56,078 bases of DNA, from IMG/VR virus record IMGVR_UViG_3300033407_000018, positions 1 through 56,078 of that record; one strand, written 5' to 3'. The position numbers and the translations under genes were made by a program. The DNA comes from a virus (lineage: Duplodnaviria > Caudoviricetes). Numbering within the stretch: position 1 is the first letter of the stretch; each line of letters begins with the position of its first letter. The notes under the pieces were generated by a model. That model was given only the letters and a program-made list of their open reading frames with translations, ran no database searches and was not told the origin of the DNA. Positions 43,375-52,614 of this stretch are shown here, in pieces.

Positions 43375-44450
43375 GCCGTGACAGGCTCACGCAGTGATTC
43401 CGCCGCTGTCTCTGCCACATACCGCGCATCGTCCAACGTCATCCGGTTGTGAAGCGGAATGCAAATGTATCGATCCTCTACCCAGTCCATGTTCGGAAGT
43501 TCCCGGCGGAACGGCTCGAATATCGCGTACACGTCGTTGCGTACCTGCATGACGTTCGTCTCGATCCCTGCCGCTTCCATCGCGGCACTGAACGCGTCCC
43601 TGTTTTCGGCGAGGAGACAGGCGTAACCGTGCACGTTGCGCGCCCCGTCCACCAGCGGAAGCCCGGCCTCCCGGTAGATGTCGAAAATACGGGCGCGGTG
43701 TTCCATGATCTCGTCGTAAAGATCCAACCCGGCTAACCCCATCGCCGCCGCAATATCGTTCATCTGGAATTTGTAACCGGGATAGTGAATGTCGAAAAGT
43801 ATCCGGCGCTGCTTGAACGGCTGCCAGTTGTTCGCAAGTTTCTTTTCGCGGTCAATGCCAAACCAGCGCCTCAGCCGGGCTTCCTTCGCTTCCTCCGGCC
43901 GTTGGCATACCAGCATTCCGCCGTCGCCGGTCGTGATGTGTTTGATTGCCTGAAATGAGTAGCAGGTGAATCGAGCCCGCTCACGGAAGACGCCCAGCGC
44001 TTGCGCAGCGTCATCGATCACCGGAACTCCGGATTCCGGCAGGTCCGACTCGACTCCGTGCAAGTGGACATTCACGACGGCGCGCGCTCCATCGCGGACC
44101 GCCGTCTCGACGGATTCCGAATCCAGGTTCAACGTGTCGCGCCGGATGTCGGCGAAGCGCAGAGCGCACTCACGGCGCACCAACGGAATGTTCGTCGCCG
44201 TGCACGTCAGCGGCGTTACTGCAATCGCGTTACAATTCACACCGAGCAGATCGTAGGCCAATTCAAGTGCCGCGCTTCCGGAGTTCACCGCTACGGCAGA
44301 TCCTTCCGGTAGGCTGAACTTACGCTCGAATGCGCGCTCGAATTCATCCACCATCGGACCCTGACCGATAAATCGGGAACGCAGCACGGACGCCACCCGG
44401 TCAATTGCCGCCTCCGGTACGAACGGGTAAGCCATGACAATGCGTCTCAT
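43371..44450 (-). CDS. DegT/DnrJ/EryC1/StrS PLP-dependent sugar aminotransferase
   Basis: AVNSGSAAL, IDDAAQALG, SFQAIKHITTGDGG (PLP Lys), GYKFQMNDIAAA. Confidence 0.93.
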   Translation of the reverse strand: MRRIVMAYPFVPEAAIDRVASVLRSRFIGQGPMVDEFERAFERKFSLPEGSAVAVNSGSAALELAYDLLGVNCNAIAVTPLTCTATNIPLVRRECALRFADIRRDTLNLDSESVETAVRDGARAVVNVHLHGVESDLPESGVPVIDDAAQALGVFRERARFTCYSFQAIKHITTGDGGMLVCQRPEEAKEARLRRWFGIDREKKLANNWQPFKQRRILFDIHYPGYKFQMNDIAAAMGLAGLDLYDEIMEHRARIFDIYREAGLPLVDGARNVHGYACLLAENRDAFSAAMEAAGIETNVMQVRNDVYAIFEPFRRELPNMDWVEDRYICIPLHNRMTLDDARYVAETAAESLREPVTA

Positions 44451-45214
44451 GCGGCGCGCTCCAGCGGGAATGCGGCCATCCCCGCGTCAAACGACCACGG
44501 CGCGCCTTCCCGGTAGTGCAGAAAGCCGCGCTCCGCCTCGATGGCCCACGGGCTCACGCGGTAGTGCGGCGACAAGTACTGAATCCTGGAAGCGATGCCG
44601 CGGCGGACCATAAAGTCCCGCAAAGGCACTCCCGTATTATTCCACTCCGACAGCGCTCCGATTCCTTGCGGGCTCTCCGTGTGCCCTTCACGGGTCAGCC
44701 GGATATTACCAATGTCGATGCGGCCGCCGAGCATGTCGAGAAGTTCCGGCTTCCAGAACTCAAACGATCCACGAACGTAGCCGTCCGGCGCTTCGGGATA
44801 CTTTCCATTGGCGAGCAATAGCCAGTCGCCATCAAGCTGTCTCAGCAGGCCGTCGCGGCGAATGTAGGTGTCGTCGTGGCAGTTCAGAATCACGTCATAC
44901 TGCCGATAGTCGTGGCGATCGAGCCACTGATTAAAGAAGCCCCAGTCACCCACACTATTTGGCTCTTCGATGTACTTCCATCCGAGACGGCGCAGCGATT
45001 GCACGTCCGGACTCAACGCGTATAACTCGCGGTCTAAATCGGCAAGCGGTCCGGTTGCTGACTTGAGGACATAGCGCTTTTCGTCGCGCACAATCGGAAG
45101 CTCCGGGTTCCGGTGCGCCACCGCAAACAGATCGGCTCCGGACGCCTGCATGGCTATCTGCCAAAAGAAATGATACGGCCAGTGCCATCCACCGGCGACG
45201 ACAGCAAGTCTCAC
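44447..45214 (-). CDS. putative GT-A fold glycosyltransferase
   Basis: LAVVAGG N-terminal strand, YDVILNCHDD DxD-like motif, RGSFEF. Confidence 0.55.
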   Translation of the reverse strand: MRLAVVAGGWHWPYHFFWQIAMQASGADLFAVAHRNPELPIVRDEKRYVLKSATGPLADLDRELYALSPDVQSLRRLGWKYIEEPNSVGDWGFFNQWLDRHDYRQYDVILNCHDDTYIRRDGLLRQLDGDWLLLANGKYPEAPDGYVRGSFEFWKPELLDMLGGRIDIGNIRLTREGHTESPQGIGALSEWNNTGVPLRDFMVRRGIASRIQYLSPHYRVSPWAIEAERGFLHYREGAPWSFDAGMAAFPLERAA

Positions 45215-45891
45215 GCGGCAGCCTCATCTGCGAACCACGTCGCCTCTTCGCCGCGGTATAGCGTTGAATGCCGGCGGATCTCCTCGCCGGGACGCGCGGG
45301 CGAATAGTAGTAGAGAGCCAGTGAGCGCCTCGACTGGTCCGGTGAACACGCCAACGGCTGAGGGTGCCCATGAAAACTCGAATCGTTTGCAGCGAACATG
45401 ACGCACCGGCCGGCCTCTGGAAGTATGCGGACACTGCACGCTTCACGGTCCCATAGTTCCAGCGCGCCGCCCCATTCTTCGCGCCAGTCTTCGTTCAGAA
45501 ACAACAGCAGGTTCAGCCTCCGGACATAGCGCGTTTCCGGATGGACGTTAAAATCAGCGTGCACGTCGAGGAATCCACCCACCATCGTTTCGTGAAGACC
45601 TCCGCCGTAAAGCGAGCCGTCTCCGGTGAGGCTCGTTAACCCGAATGCTCCTGCAATGTCTTTGACGAATTGCGCAGCATTGAGCCTCAGAATTGCGGCC
45701 CGCGTTTGCGCTCCGAATTCCGCCCATTCCCGGCATCCGCGTTTCCTGGCGTGCTTATGGTAGTGCTGAATCCAGCCATTGTCTGGCCATTCCTCGTTGA
45801 TCGCCCGGACTTCCGAAGCTGTCAAAATGTTCTCGATAATACAGTGAGGAAATGGCGCGGCTTGAACGTCCGGACACACAGCCGCGCTCAC
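45211..45891 (-). CDS. 2OG-Fe(II) oxygenase
   Basis: GGGLH, HADF (HxD), WGGALELW, SFHGH, RRSLALYYY. Confidence 0.9.
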   Translation of the reverse strand: MSAAVCPDVQAAPFPHCIIENILTASEVRAINEEWPDNGWIQHYHKHARKRGCREWAEFGAQTRAAILRLNAAQFVKDIAGAFGLTSLTGDGSLYGGGLHETMVGGFLDVHADFNVHPETRYVRRLNLLLFLNEDWREEWGGALELWDREACSVRILPEAGRCVMFAANDSSFHGHPQPLACSPDQSRRSLALYYYSPARPGEEIRRHSTLYRGEEATWFADEAAA

Positions 45892-46388
45892 GATCGCCGC
45901 CTTCCCACGCCGACCGTGTCATGGTCGTCGGTGTCGTAGCACTCCAACACCTCAAGCTGCGCATTCTCCAGTAATCCACGCATTCCTTCTGCGTAGGCAC
46001 GCCAGCAGTCAATTGGATGCGCGTGGTAGGTGTGATACGCCGGCATGAGAAGAAACACCAGCCCTCCCGGCTTCACGATTCGCGCCATTTCCAAAACGAG
46101 CACCCATGGCCGACGCACGTGCTCAAGACAGTTCGCCGAAAGAACGACGTCGTAGTGATTGGATTCTGCAGGAATCGTCTCCGCATCCTGCATCACTGCA
46201 TCGACAGAGCGGCCTGCTTCGATATCGAATCCCGTGTAATTGTGAGCGGCGAATAGCGGGCGGGCCGAACCGTTGACATCGAGCGAGCCGATTTCCGCGA
46301 TGTTCAACTTAGGGATAGACGCTGCTGCCATCCAGCCAGCACGCACTTCCGCAAACTTCCGGATCTCTTTCATCGCGCTATCGTGCAT
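45888..46388 (-). CDS. class I SAM-dependent methyltransferase
   Basis: EIGSLDVNGS, YTGFD, LEHV..PW, KPGG, HPIDCWR. Confidence 0.88.
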   Translation of the reverse strand: MHDSAMKEIRKFAEVRAGWMAAASIPKLNIAEIGSLDVNGSARPLFAAHNYTGFDIEAGRSVDAVMQDAETIPAESNHYDVVLSANCLEHVRRPWVLVLEMARIVKPGGLVFLLMPAYHTYHAHPIDCWRAYAEGMRGLLENAQLEVLECYDTDDHDTVGVGRRRS

Positions 46389-46837
46389 AATGCTTCGATC
46401 CTGAAATCCCGCTCCGGCTTATGATGTTGCGCCGGCAGGATTTCACAACTGCCGAATCCGGCCACGCGAAGTGCATTGACCAGACTCTCCGGCGTGTACG
46501 CCCACCGATTCATCAGCAGCGGATTTTTAAACGATGCGGCGTCTCCGAAAATCCACTCCAGCCGCTCTTTGGCTTGGTGAAAGTGCGGCTGTTCCAGTAC
46601 GAGTTTTCCGCCGGGACTAAGAACGGATCTCAGTTCCGCCAACACCGTCTCAGCGTCCCATGGATACAAGGAAGTGATCCCGTGAATCCATTCGATCTCG
46701 TCCCACTTGATTGCCTTCACAGCGTCCGGCAATGGCGGAATCGTGGCGATATAGTCCCCGCCTGCTTGCGGATTTGCATCCAGCACCATCCATCCATGCC
46801 TTCGGTGCACTCCGGCCCCGATCATCAACTTCTTCAT
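46370..46837 (-). CDS. class I SAM-dependent methyltransferase-like protein
   Basis: KLMIGAG...GW..LD, VLSPGGKL..EQP. Confidence 0.75.
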   Translation of the reverse strand: MKKLMIGAGVHRRHGWMVLDANPQAGGDYIATIPPLPDAVKAIKWDEIEWIHGITSLYPWDAETVLAELRSVLSPGGKLVLEQPHFHQAKERLEWIFGDAASFKNPLLMNRWAYTPESLVNALRVAGFGSCEILPAQHHKPERDFRIEALCTIAR

Positions 46838-47532
46838 AGCAGGTCGCCCCACTTTTGCATGTAGAGCCTTGCTCCCGCAGAAGTGTCCGCCGACGCGCCC
46901 GGATCGCCGCGGAACGAGCTTCTCAGACTGGCGTGATCGACATAGCAGCCGTCGTGAATGCCGATCTTCAAGCCCGCCGCCTTGATCCGTCGGCACATAT
47001 CGTTATCACACCAGCCGTAGATACGGCGGCCGTCCGGCGTTAATCCGCCGAACCGTTCGTCCATTAGTCCGATTACATTGAGAGTCCGTCGGGGCAGTAG
47101 AACACATACGAACGCAACCGATGACGGCGTGGCGCGAAGTCCAACGCCGGATGGCTTCTGGTCCGGATTCCCGGCGACATTGGTTGTCGCGGACAGAATG
47201 CCAACTTCGGGATACTTTTCTGCTTCGCGTTGCAATAACGTAAAACCACCTTGCGTCTTTAGGAGCGCGTCATCGTTCAGGACAACGATGTCATCAGCCG
47301 GTGCGGCAGTAATACCGAGATTCACGTTGCGCGGAAACCCAAACGGCTTCAGCCCGGGAATCGCGGTCACGTTTTCGCGGAAGAACCGCTCTGCGCAATT
47401 ATCGTCATCAAACTGCAAGCCGTCATCGACAACGACGATGTTTACTCCGGGCTCCATTTCTCGGACAGCCGTCACGCACGGCACCAGGTTCGATGTGAGT
47501 TTCGACGGGATCACGACGGTCAGGCCTCTCAT
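46834..47532 (-). CDS. glycosyltransferase family 2
   Basis: TVVIPS, IVVVDDG, GFPRNVNLG, VLNDD, GWCDND. Confidence 0.9.
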   Translation of the reverse strand: MRGLTVVIPSKLTSNLVPCVTAVREMEPGVNIVVVDDGLQFDDDNCAERFFRENVTAIPGLKPFGFPRNVNLGITAAPADDIVVLNDDALLKTQGGFTLLQREAEKYPEVGILSATTNVAGNPDQKPSGVGLRATPSSVAFVCVLLPRRTLNVIGLMDERFGGLTPDGRRIYGWCDNDMCRRIKAAGLKIGIHDGCYVDHASLRSSFRGDPGASADTSAGARLYMQKWGDLL

Positions 47533-47993
47533 TTCAACGCCTCCAATACCGCCGCGATTTTCCATACTTCGTCCCATCGTCCGGCATATTGCGATTGATC
47601 CAGGCTGATAATTCTGAAGTCCGCGTGGATACCATAGGCGGGGTTACCGCGAAAACGCTCACGCGCGAAGTTTCCCTTTTCGTAGTACTCGAAATCGTTG
47701 GCCGTCCAGTATGAGCAGTGGGTCGGGTCCTGAAAGGCCCCAGCCCCACGCGCCGCACTCGGCACTTCGATCTCGGCGCGTCCACCGTGTCGCAACACGC
47801 GCCAGAGTTCGTTCATCGTGTGCCGCTTATCCGGAAGATGTTCGAATATGTCGAATGCCTTGACTGTATCAATCGAGCCGCGTTCCCACGGCCACCCCTG
47901 CGACAAGTCCGTCACGATGTCGGCAGGCGGACAGATGTCCACGGATAGATACCCGTCCACGCGCCGGTCGGCGGCGCCAAGGTTCAAACGCAC
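47529..47993 (-). CDS. class I SAM-dependent methyltransferase
   Basis: RLNLGA, FEHL, MNELWRVL..GG, FQDPTH. Confidence 0.88.
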   Translation of the reverse strand: MRLNLGAADRRVDGYLSVDICPPADIVTDLSQGWPWERGSIDTVKAFDIFEHLPDKRHTMNELWRVLRHGGRAEIEVPSAARGAGAFQDPTHCSYWTANDFEYYEKGNFARERFRGNPAYGIHADFRIISLDQSQYAGRWDEVWKIAAVLEALK

Positions 47994-48613
47994 CAATCGA
48001 TCTCCCCTGCGAAATCCGGCAGCGGCTCCCATTGCACCGCGCCTATATGTCTCGGACTGGTATTGCCGTTGTGAATCGATGCGGCCATCATATCAATCGT
48101 CGTGGACGTTTGTAGTTGGCCATCCCGATCGGCCGCCTTCACGAATTCGCCATCCTCTCCGATATGCTTCGATACAAACGGGTTTTTCTCCCACCAATCT
48201 TTTCGATACATCAGCGACGTGCCTAGCGAAAACCTGTGATGGCCGCGATATAACCACCACCGGCAACCATCGGTGAAGCGCATCGAGGAATACCCGGTGA
48301 CGGCCTTGCCGCTTGTAATGAGCCGTTCGACTTGATCCGCGAGCCTTCCTGGTGCGCTGTAGTCGTCGTCATCCCAGTGAGCGATAAGACTGCCGAGCGC
48401 GCGCGACGCTCCGAAGTTGCGCAGATCGCCGATACGGAATCCGTCCTCAACATGAACAAGCCGGACGCCGTCACCGGTCGCGATTCTTTCGACGGGCTCG
48501 CCGCTTGCCACGACCAGCAGCTCGCGGTTCGGATATGTTTGACGATTCCAGCACCGGAGCGCCTTCCGCAACCACTCCGGACGGTTCCGTGTCAGACACA
48601 GGCACGTGACGAA
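47984..48613 (-). CDS. glycosyltransferase family 2 domain lacking its own start codon
   Basis: FVTCLCLTRNR..L, QTYPNREL, IGDLRN, HWDDDDY, IGED; in-frame TGA at 48629-48631 with no ATG/GTG/TTG before the first GT2 strand. Confidence 0.85.
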   Translation of the reverse strand, partial: FVTCLCLTRNRPEWLRKALRCWNRQTYPNRELLVVASGEPVERIATGDGVRLVHVEDGFRIGDLRNFGASRALGSLIAHWDDDDYSAPGRLADQVERLITSGKAVTGYSSMRFTDGCRWWLYRGHHRFSLGTSLMYRKDWWEKNPFVSKHIGEDGEFVKAADRDGQLQTSTTIDMMAASIHNGNTSPRHIGAVQWEPLPDFAGEIDWCV

Positions 48614-48812
48614 AGGGCGTGGATGCGCTCACCTCAGGCGCTTCCGGATAAATCACTTTGGTTTCGTACAGCACCCGCGGCGCCTCCGCGCGGCGAATAC
48701 CCGGGAGGCTCAGCAAGCGCTCAATCTCCTTCGGATCCGATTCCTCGAACTGACCGCCAGGCCCGATACTCTGGCCGCGGTGGAGCAGCTGACGGTCTGT
48801 GTATAAAAGCAT
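48471..48812 (-). CDS. small capsid-adjacent protein (N-terminal partner of the GT2 domain)
   Basis: First ORF after the capsid gene; residues after P66-F67 overlap the GT2 frame and look like low-complexity off-frame sequence. Confidence 0.7.
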   Translation of the reverse strand: MLLYTDRQLLHRGQSIGPGGQFEESDPKEIERLLSLPGIRRAEAPRVLYETKVIYPEAPEVSASTPFRHVPVSDTEPSGVVAEGAPVLESSNISEPRAAGRGKRRARRKNRDR

Positions 48813-48829
48813 TGACGTGCCTGGAAGTG

Positions 48830-48857
48830 CAGGACCGGATTTCTGTATCCGGCCCTG
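48830..48857 (-). terminator. hairpin after the capsid gene (attenuator/stabiliser)
   Basis: CAGGGCCGGAT-ACAGAA-ATCCGGTCCTG, weak U tract. Confidence 0.5.
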
Positions 48858-48869
48858 ACAGGTTTACGT

Positions 48870-50069
48870 TTACGGCGAGGTCGTGAACGTTCCGGTAATG
48901 TACGAGGCAGGCCGTTTCACGCAGAGCGCGATCCGTTTTTCCGCCCTGACGGCGACCAGGTTTTCCGTGAAGTACGTGCCGTGCTGCGGCGCGATCTCCA
49001 CGGTCAGGCCCATACGGTCGCGGATCTCGCTGGCCATCGGGTTGCCCGAACCCACAAGGAACGTGCCGGATGGCACGGAAGTCGTCGGCACCGGCGTCAG
49101 GCCGAACAGATTCGGGTTGGTCAACGGCTGCATCGGATCGCCGAGGATGTAGCGCCCCTGCGTATCTTTTGTCAGCCGGATGTCCCACCAGTCGGCAGGG
49201 TTCAACACGAGAAACGTCGGCATCAGTTCCTTTGCCGACGTGATCTGCTGGACTGCACGGCCGATGTAGTCGATCTTGTTGTAGGCGCCGGTCAACGGCA
49301 GAAGTCCGGTACTGAACGCGGTCGCCTGAGTAATCAGACCGTTCAGTTCAACGGTCGATCCGGAGCCGGACAAGAGCTGCTCTTCTTCCGCCAGATCCAC
49401 GTAGTACATCAGCGAGGTCTGGAGGAAGTTCATCAACTCGTCGAAGTCTTCCAACGCCTGACGGGATACCGGAATCCACGTGGCGATAGTCTGCACCGTC
49501 GCCTGGCCCGTGGTGAACGAGGCCGCGTTTTCTTTCTTCGTGTGACTTTCTCCCTGTTGCGGCGAGGCGATGGTCATCGGCGAATCGACCTTGACGAAGT
49601 AGACCATCTGCATGGTCGTCGGCCGCGCGGTCAGGACATTGCGCACCGTCAACGACTGGCGCGCTTCCGGTACAATGCCAGTCAGGCGCTCGATCGGAGC
49701 CACACCGGGAGTCACTAGGTCCGGGGTGGTCAGCGTTGTTTTGATTTCCCGGAGCTGCCGTACCTGCTTCGGCGTGAGCTCGAACCCGAAACTCTTCGTC
49801 GAGCCGGTTCCCCGGTCCTTGATGAACTGAACCAGGCCATCGTTTTTCTTCAACGCATCGACGACAGTTTCGTCCGGTTCGGAAGCTGCGTGCTTTTCCG
49901 CGAGCTTCACGTCGAGCGCGTCCGCCTGCTTCTGGAGCGCGGTCAATTTCTCGGCGGTTTCGGTCAGCATGGTGCCGAATTTCTTTTGTTCCGCTTCGGC
50001 CGCCGCCTTCTGCTCTTTCAGCTGAGTGAGAATTTCGCCCAGCTTGGCTTCCAATTCTTTGGTTTCCAT
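48870..50069 (-). CDS. HK97-family major capsid protein
   Basis: Coiled-coil delta domain, EEEQLLSGSG, LNPADW..I.L.KD..GRYI, FTENLVAVRAE.R. Confidence 0.95.
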   Translation of the reverse strand: METKELEAKLGEILTQLKEQKAAAEAEQKKFGTMLTETAEKLTALQKQADALDVKLAEKHAASEPDETVVDALKKNDGLVQFIKDRGTGSTKSFGFELTPKQVRQLREIKTTLTTPDLVTPGVAPIERLTGIVPEARQSLTVRNVLTARPTTMQMVYFVKVDSPMTIASPQQGESHTKKENAASFTTGQATVQTIATWIPVSRQALEDFDELMNFLQTSLMYYVDLAEEEQLLSGSGSTVELNGLITQATAFSTGLLPLTGAYNKIDYIGRAVQQITSAKELMPTFLVLNPADWWDIRLTKDTQGRYILGDPMQPLTNPNLFGLTPVPTTSVPSGTFLVGSGNPMASEIRDRMGLTVEIAPQHGTYFTENLVAVRAEKRIALCVKRPASYITGTFTTSP

Positions 50070-50145
50070 ACTTTTTCTCCAACGCTACTAGCCGCCGGAA
50101 TCAGCGGCCGGTAAACGTTCAAAAATGTTTCTTGTGTTTTAGGTA

Positions 50146-51111
50146 TTACGCCTTTAGCAAGTCCTGGATCTTATCCAGAACCCCCGAGAGACTGTCGTCG
50201 ATCTCGGCTGTGGTGACGGCTCCGGTCGGAGCTGGTGTCGGTGATTCAACGGGCTGAGTTTTTTCGGCATCAGCATTGTCTAGTAAGTCCTGAAGATCCT
50301 TAATGCATCGGGCGATCATGGTGCGGTTTGCCTGTGAAAGGACACGGCCCGCCTTGCTTTCGAATCCCGGCCGGCTCATCCACTCCTGCCTGCTTTCGGT
50401 GAGCAGGTCGAGATACTCAGGAAGCATGTCGAGATAGGCCGTCTTGAACTGATCAATGGATTCTCCGGACGACGCGGTCTTGTCGGTGACTTCCACGTCG
50501 TACAGGATACTGGAAAGCGATGCGCTAAGAGCTGAAAGCATTTGATACCGCGCGGCGAATAGTTGGATTTCCTCAAGTTCCGCGGTGAAGCCGTCTTTCT
50601 GTTCTGATCGATTTGCTTTGACCGACGCGATTAAATCGCTGATCGATTTCACGCTCGTCACCTGCGCTGCCATATTCATTGGAAACTCCGTGATCGTGAC
50701 TTCCCACAGCCGAACCTGCTTGAGATGCCGCGCGCCGTCATTTGTTTTCGCCGGCGGGTCCGCGTCAATGGTCTCGTACCCGATCGACATACCCATCGGC
50801 ATGCCGTTGTCCCGGTAGAAACGAAGGTCTGAGAGCGCCTCCAGCCCGGATTGCTTTTTTGTGTTGATCTTCCCCGTTGCCTTGAGGCCGACCGATGTCG
50901 TTTCGACCGTGGCGACGCCGATGCGGACCTTGTGAGAGTCCATCAATCGGACCTTGTTTCCGAGTTGCGCGATGGATTTGTCGAAGGCCCCCGGATCAAC
51001 AACGTCGTTTCCAAGGTCGATGTTTCCGTAGACGCTCGCGACGCCGACAAAATCACCGTCGTCTGAAAGCTTTTTGAATTCGAATGGAATGTTTTTCAGT
51101 TGCTCATGCAT
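50146..51111 (-). CDS. HK97-family prohead protease with C-terminal extension
   Basis: GVASVYGNID, PGAF, H, GMSIGY, LWEVTITEFPMN, KAGRVLS. Confidence 0.92.
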   Translation of the reverse strand: MHEQLKNIPFEFKKLSDDGDFVGVASVYGNIDLGNDVVDPGAFDKSIAQLGNKVRLMDSHKVRIGVATVETTSVGLKATGKINTKKQSGLEALSDLRFYRDNGMPMGMSIGYETIDADPPAKTNDGARHLKQVRLWEVTITEFPMNMAAQVTSVKSISDLIASVKANRSEQKDGFTAELEEIQLFAARYQMLSALSASLSSILYDVEVTDKTASSGESIDQFKTAYLDMLPEYLDLLTESRQEWMSRPGFESKAGRVLSQANRTMIARCIKDLQDLLDNADAEKTQPVESPTPAPTGAVTTAEIDDSLSGVLDKIQDLLKA

Positions 51112-51251
51112 GCGAGCGCCTCCTTGACTAGGCCAATCGCGGCAGGCCTGTCTTGTGTGTAAAACGGCGAGCCGCAGTTCTTACAATTTAAACCTACCGG
51201 CATGCGCCTATAATTGCTTGAGTTACGGACAATACTGGTACTTTGAGGCAT
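51096..51251 (-). pseudogene. possible internally deleted homing-endonuclease remnant
   Basis: AT-richer 51-codon ORF with CKNCGSPF and AIGLVKE. Confidence 0.35.
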
Positions 51252-51255
51252 GACC

Positions 51256-52614
51256 TTATGAAGCTGATTCCTCTGGGATGGATCGCTGCCGTTGCTGCCG
51301 CATCTTTGCCAACTCCGCCACGCCGTCGAGCGGAAGCGCCTGCATGTTCAACTGAATCGTGAAGTCCTGTCCGGCTCCGTCCGGTATGCGGTTGCGGTCT
51401 TCCAGCGCCCGCACTTCATCGCGGCTCAGCCAGCCGTTTTGCAATGCCGCAGCGTACCCCATCATGCGCGCTGAAAAGTCTCCGCGGCGCAGCGCGTCGA
51501 GATTGTGGTGCAGGTAGTAATTCTTTTCCTGTTCTTCGGGAGTCAACACACAATGGAAGAACGCCTGATTCCAACGCTTCAACCATTTCGAGAGCGTAAG
51601 TTTTTCGAACTCAAGCGCCAATTCTTCGATGTTGCTGAACGTGGCACGCGACAGGTCCGCCACCATGTGCGGTTGCACGTCCCACCATCGGCACAACTCC
51701 GCAACGATCGCCTGACGAAATTCGACAGACTGGGCGTCCCTCATGCTGGCGCCGACAGTGTTGTACTTCAGTCCGTTTTCAAGAATCGGCGTACTGTGAG
51801 GATCGTTGTACAGCGCTTCCCATTCGGACCGGAATGCCTCGGCGTCCTTTTCATCCTTGAAGTGCTTCTCCATTTCCAGGATGTACGGAAGCCGTCCGCC
51901 GCGCGCCCAAAACGCCGACACGTTGCGGTCTGCGGAAAGCGCCATCCCGATAGAGTTTCTGGCGTACTTCAGTACGTCGAATCCGCGCATACCCGTCCAT
52001 CCCGGCTGCCCAAATAAATGGAATATATCGCGCGGTTTTCCGGGTGTGACCGGATATGTTTTGTCGGGAATACCCGACTCCTTCACAACGTAGACCTTCC
52101 GGCGCGCGCCTGTTTTTTCTCGGCCGGTATCCACCTGCTCCGGAGTCAAGTGCAGAAGTTGAATAGCCGTGCCCGTTCCGCTTCGCCTAACGATCTGCGC
52201 GAATCCGTCGCCCTTGAACATGGCGTGGGACGTAAGTAATTCACGGAAATCCTGCGACGTCAGTTCATCGTTCGGCCCCCATTTCATCGCCCGATACATA
52301 GGAAGCTCTTTCGCTTCCCTTGTGTCTCCGTCCGGCAACTCCTGCCTTAGCGTGGTTGGAATGTAGCCCATCGTTCCTGCGACGACGCCGCGGCATGCCC
52401 AGACCACCGGGTGCTGGAGCGCCGAGTCCACGGAAACCGTCTCTCCGGACCATGACGAAAATCCGCCGGAAAGGATCGAAGCAATATGCGGGTACTTGCG
52501 GTAAAACTCCGCCTCGGTCGTCGTCGTGAATACGGCGTCCTTCAGCCCGAGCGATAATGGCGCATCATGACCGGCCCAGCGCTTGATCATGCCGCGGATT
52601 TCAGGGAACAGCAT
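51256..52614 (-). CDS. HK97-family portal protein
   Basis: ALQHPVVWAC, ILENGLKY, ATFSNIE, LRRGD, NGWLSRDEVR. Confidence 0.95.
   Translation of the reverse strand: MLFPEIRGMIKRWAGHDAPLSLGLKDAVFTTTTEAEFYRKYPHIASILSGGFSSWSGETVSVDSALQHPVVWACRGVVAGTMGYIPTTLRQELPDGDTREAKELPMYRAMKWGPNDELTSQDFRELLTSHAMFKGDGFAQIVRRSGTGTAIQLLHLTPEQVDTGREKTGARRKVYVVKESGIPDKTYPVTPGKPRDIFHLFGQPGWTGMRGFDVLKYARNSIGMALSADRNVSAFWARGGRLPYILEMEKHFKDEKDAEAFRSEWEALYNDPHSTPILENGLKYNTVGASMRDAQSVEFRQAIVAELCRWWDVQPHMVADLSRATFSNIEELALEFEKLTLSKWLKRWNQAFFHCVLTPEEQEKNYYLHHNLDALRRGDFSARMMGYAAALQNGWLSRDEVRALEDRNRIPDGAGQDFTIQLNMQALPLDGVAELAKMRQQRQRSIPEESAS

Noticed and set aside
41898-48812. Host LPS/capsule locus or assembly chimera
   Set aside because: Genes are translationally coupled to phage head genes on the connector side, share strand and composition, and lack wzx/wzy/transport genes
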